Shown piece by piece: positions 63,175 to 64,000 of a stretch of DNA of 64,000 bases. A program made the translations under genes and the position numbers. A model generated the notes under the pieces. The model saw only the letters and a program-made list of their open reading frames with translations, was not told the origin of the DNA and did not search any database. The stretch lies in IMG/VR virus record IMGVR_UViG_3300033067_002067, positions 9,301-73,300 of that record; one strand, given 5' to 3'. Numbering within the stretch: position 1 is the first letter of the stretch; the number at the start of each line of letters is the position of its first letter. The DNA comes from a virus.

Positions 63175-64000
63175 GTAATCCTGTAAATCCTAGTGATCGT
63201 AATGGCCCAATACAGACCGGCCAAAAAGGCAAAGGTATTATTCTCAATAGACAAGACCCTCTAAAGCAGAATAGATATCTAGTCGCTATGCAGGGTATGG
63301 ATGGTGAATTAGGACAGCCTCAATGGATGGTTGTAAAATCACAAGGCATGGCTACTAGAATGCTTGGTGGTACAACTCGCTATATGGTTGGTGATTGGGT
63401 ATCATTGGAACAAAATGGTAATTCTGGTCAAATTTATGAAATTACTGGTGCGCATAAAAATGAAAAGACTGATGAGAATACTAAGGACAAGCACCTTGAT
63501 GAAACATCAGATGAACCTTATAAAGTAGCAGATTCAATGGGCCCTGTCCAGCCTCGAGTGTTTGCTGGGTGGGGCACCCCTGGCTTTACATTTGGAGATG
63601 TTAACGCTGCAAAGAGCTATGTTAATGGACTAGTTCCAACTCAGTATACACCTTATAAAGATGATCCAGTTAAAGCAGCTGCAGACGAAGCGCCACCTCC
63701 TGCCAAATATGCTGGCACCAAAGGAGCGAAACTTGGTGAAAAAGCGAGAGGAAAAAGTCTCGGTACCAAAAAATATCCGTTAGCTTCTACCGACAAAGCA
63801 GACAAAGATTTAGACGCGGCAGGTGTTAAAGAGACAGTTGAGAAAGCTAGAGCGATGGTTGATAACCTTCGCAAAACTATTGAAGGTGGACTTAACCCCA
63901 AAATGCCTGATTCAGTTGGTGGAATGGGTAATATCATGAGTGCATTATCATCAATTGCATCTCTATTTTCTAGCGCTAGCAATTCGTCTCAGAATAAGCA
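63171..64000 (+). CDS. virion structural protein, 3'-partial (runs off the window)
   Basis: ATGA overlap with the previous gene; open to the end of the window. Confidence 0.5.
   Translation, partial: MSNPVNPSDRNGPIQTGQKGKGIILNRQDPLKQNRYLVAMQGMDGELGQPQWMVVKSQGMATRMLGGTTRYMVGDWVSLEQNGNSGQIYEITGAHKNEKTDENTKDKHLDETSDEPYKVADSMGPVQPRVFAGWGTPGFTFGDVNAAKSYVNGLVPTQYTPYKDDPVKAAADEAPPPAKYAGTKGAKLGEKARGKSLGTKKYPLASTDKADKDLDAAGVKETVEKARAMVDNLRKTIEGGLNPKMPDSVGGMGNIMSALSSIASLFSSASNSSQNK

Noticed and set aside
1-64000. CRISPR arrays, integrases and transposases
   Set aside because: I looked for direct repeats with regular spacing and for recombinase motifs and found none. The only repeats are tRNA genes, the paired promoter and stem elements listed above, and low-complexity coding repeats inside the giant protein gene.

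Overview
This 64-kb window reads as part of a large, AT-rich, virulent T4-like (myovirus-type) phage genome. Compactly packed genes with overlapping stop/start codons (ATGA, TAATG) lie almost entirely on the + strand, except for one minus-strand tail, virion and lysis block. T4 replication-gene homologues are recognisable by direct motif comparison: RNase H/FEN (32079-32912), the gp59 helicase loader (50096-50677), the gp32 single-stranded-DNA-binding protein (50755-51651), PhoH, a small KxDG ligase, and a polynucleotide kinase split into separate HAD-phosphatase and P-loop kinase genes. Regions are: (i) 0-8 kb, a dense tRNA island holding about 25 canonical tRNAs, several tRNA-like or pseudo-tRNA elements and structured spacer RNAs, interleaved with three paralogous HNH homing endonucleases on both strands, one GIY-YIG endonuclease and small paralogous ORFs. 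(ii) 10-12.7 kb, a TROVE/vWA (Ro60/Rsr-like) protein preceded by two tRNA-like RNAs: one a perfect cloverleaf with a CUA (amber) anticodon and CCA end but a non-canonical T-loop; the other a tRNA-like core without a pairing acceptor stem, closed by a long-range helix. (iii) 13-21 kb, a Tpt1/KptA-like protein, another HNH, a GroES-like protein, two metallophosphoesterases and a DprA/SLOG-like (DUF2493-type) protein. (iv) 21.6-24.1 kb, an NAD+ salvage pair: NMNAT-Nudix plus NadV/NAMPT. (v) 24.9-30.1 kb, a seven-gene sugar-nucleotide cassette: glutaredoxin, nucleotidyltransferase, methyltransferase, SDR epimerase/dehydratase, GT-B glycosyltransferase, GHMP heptose kinase HddA and sedoheptulose-7-P isomerase GmhA. 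I could not assign a target or precedent for this cassette. (vi) 30-51 kb, replication, repair and early genes, with a CHAP-like amidase on the opposite strand, an SPFH protein, a Tat-signal protein, an AdoMetDC-like protein and a 420-nt structured non-coding region. (vii) 51.7-60 kb, minus strand: an M15 peptidase with a signal anchor, an HNH endonuclease, a 1364-aa virion protein carrying coiled-coil, TM, amidase_2 and L,D-transpeptidase-like domains, and gp19-like tube paralogues. (viii) 60-64 kb, plus strand: structural genes behind a T4-type late promoter TATAAATA. All RNA-feature coordinates were folded by eye and are approximate to a few nucleotides. I noticed at least one place where my in-line counting and the ORF track disagree by 1 nt (near 6568).
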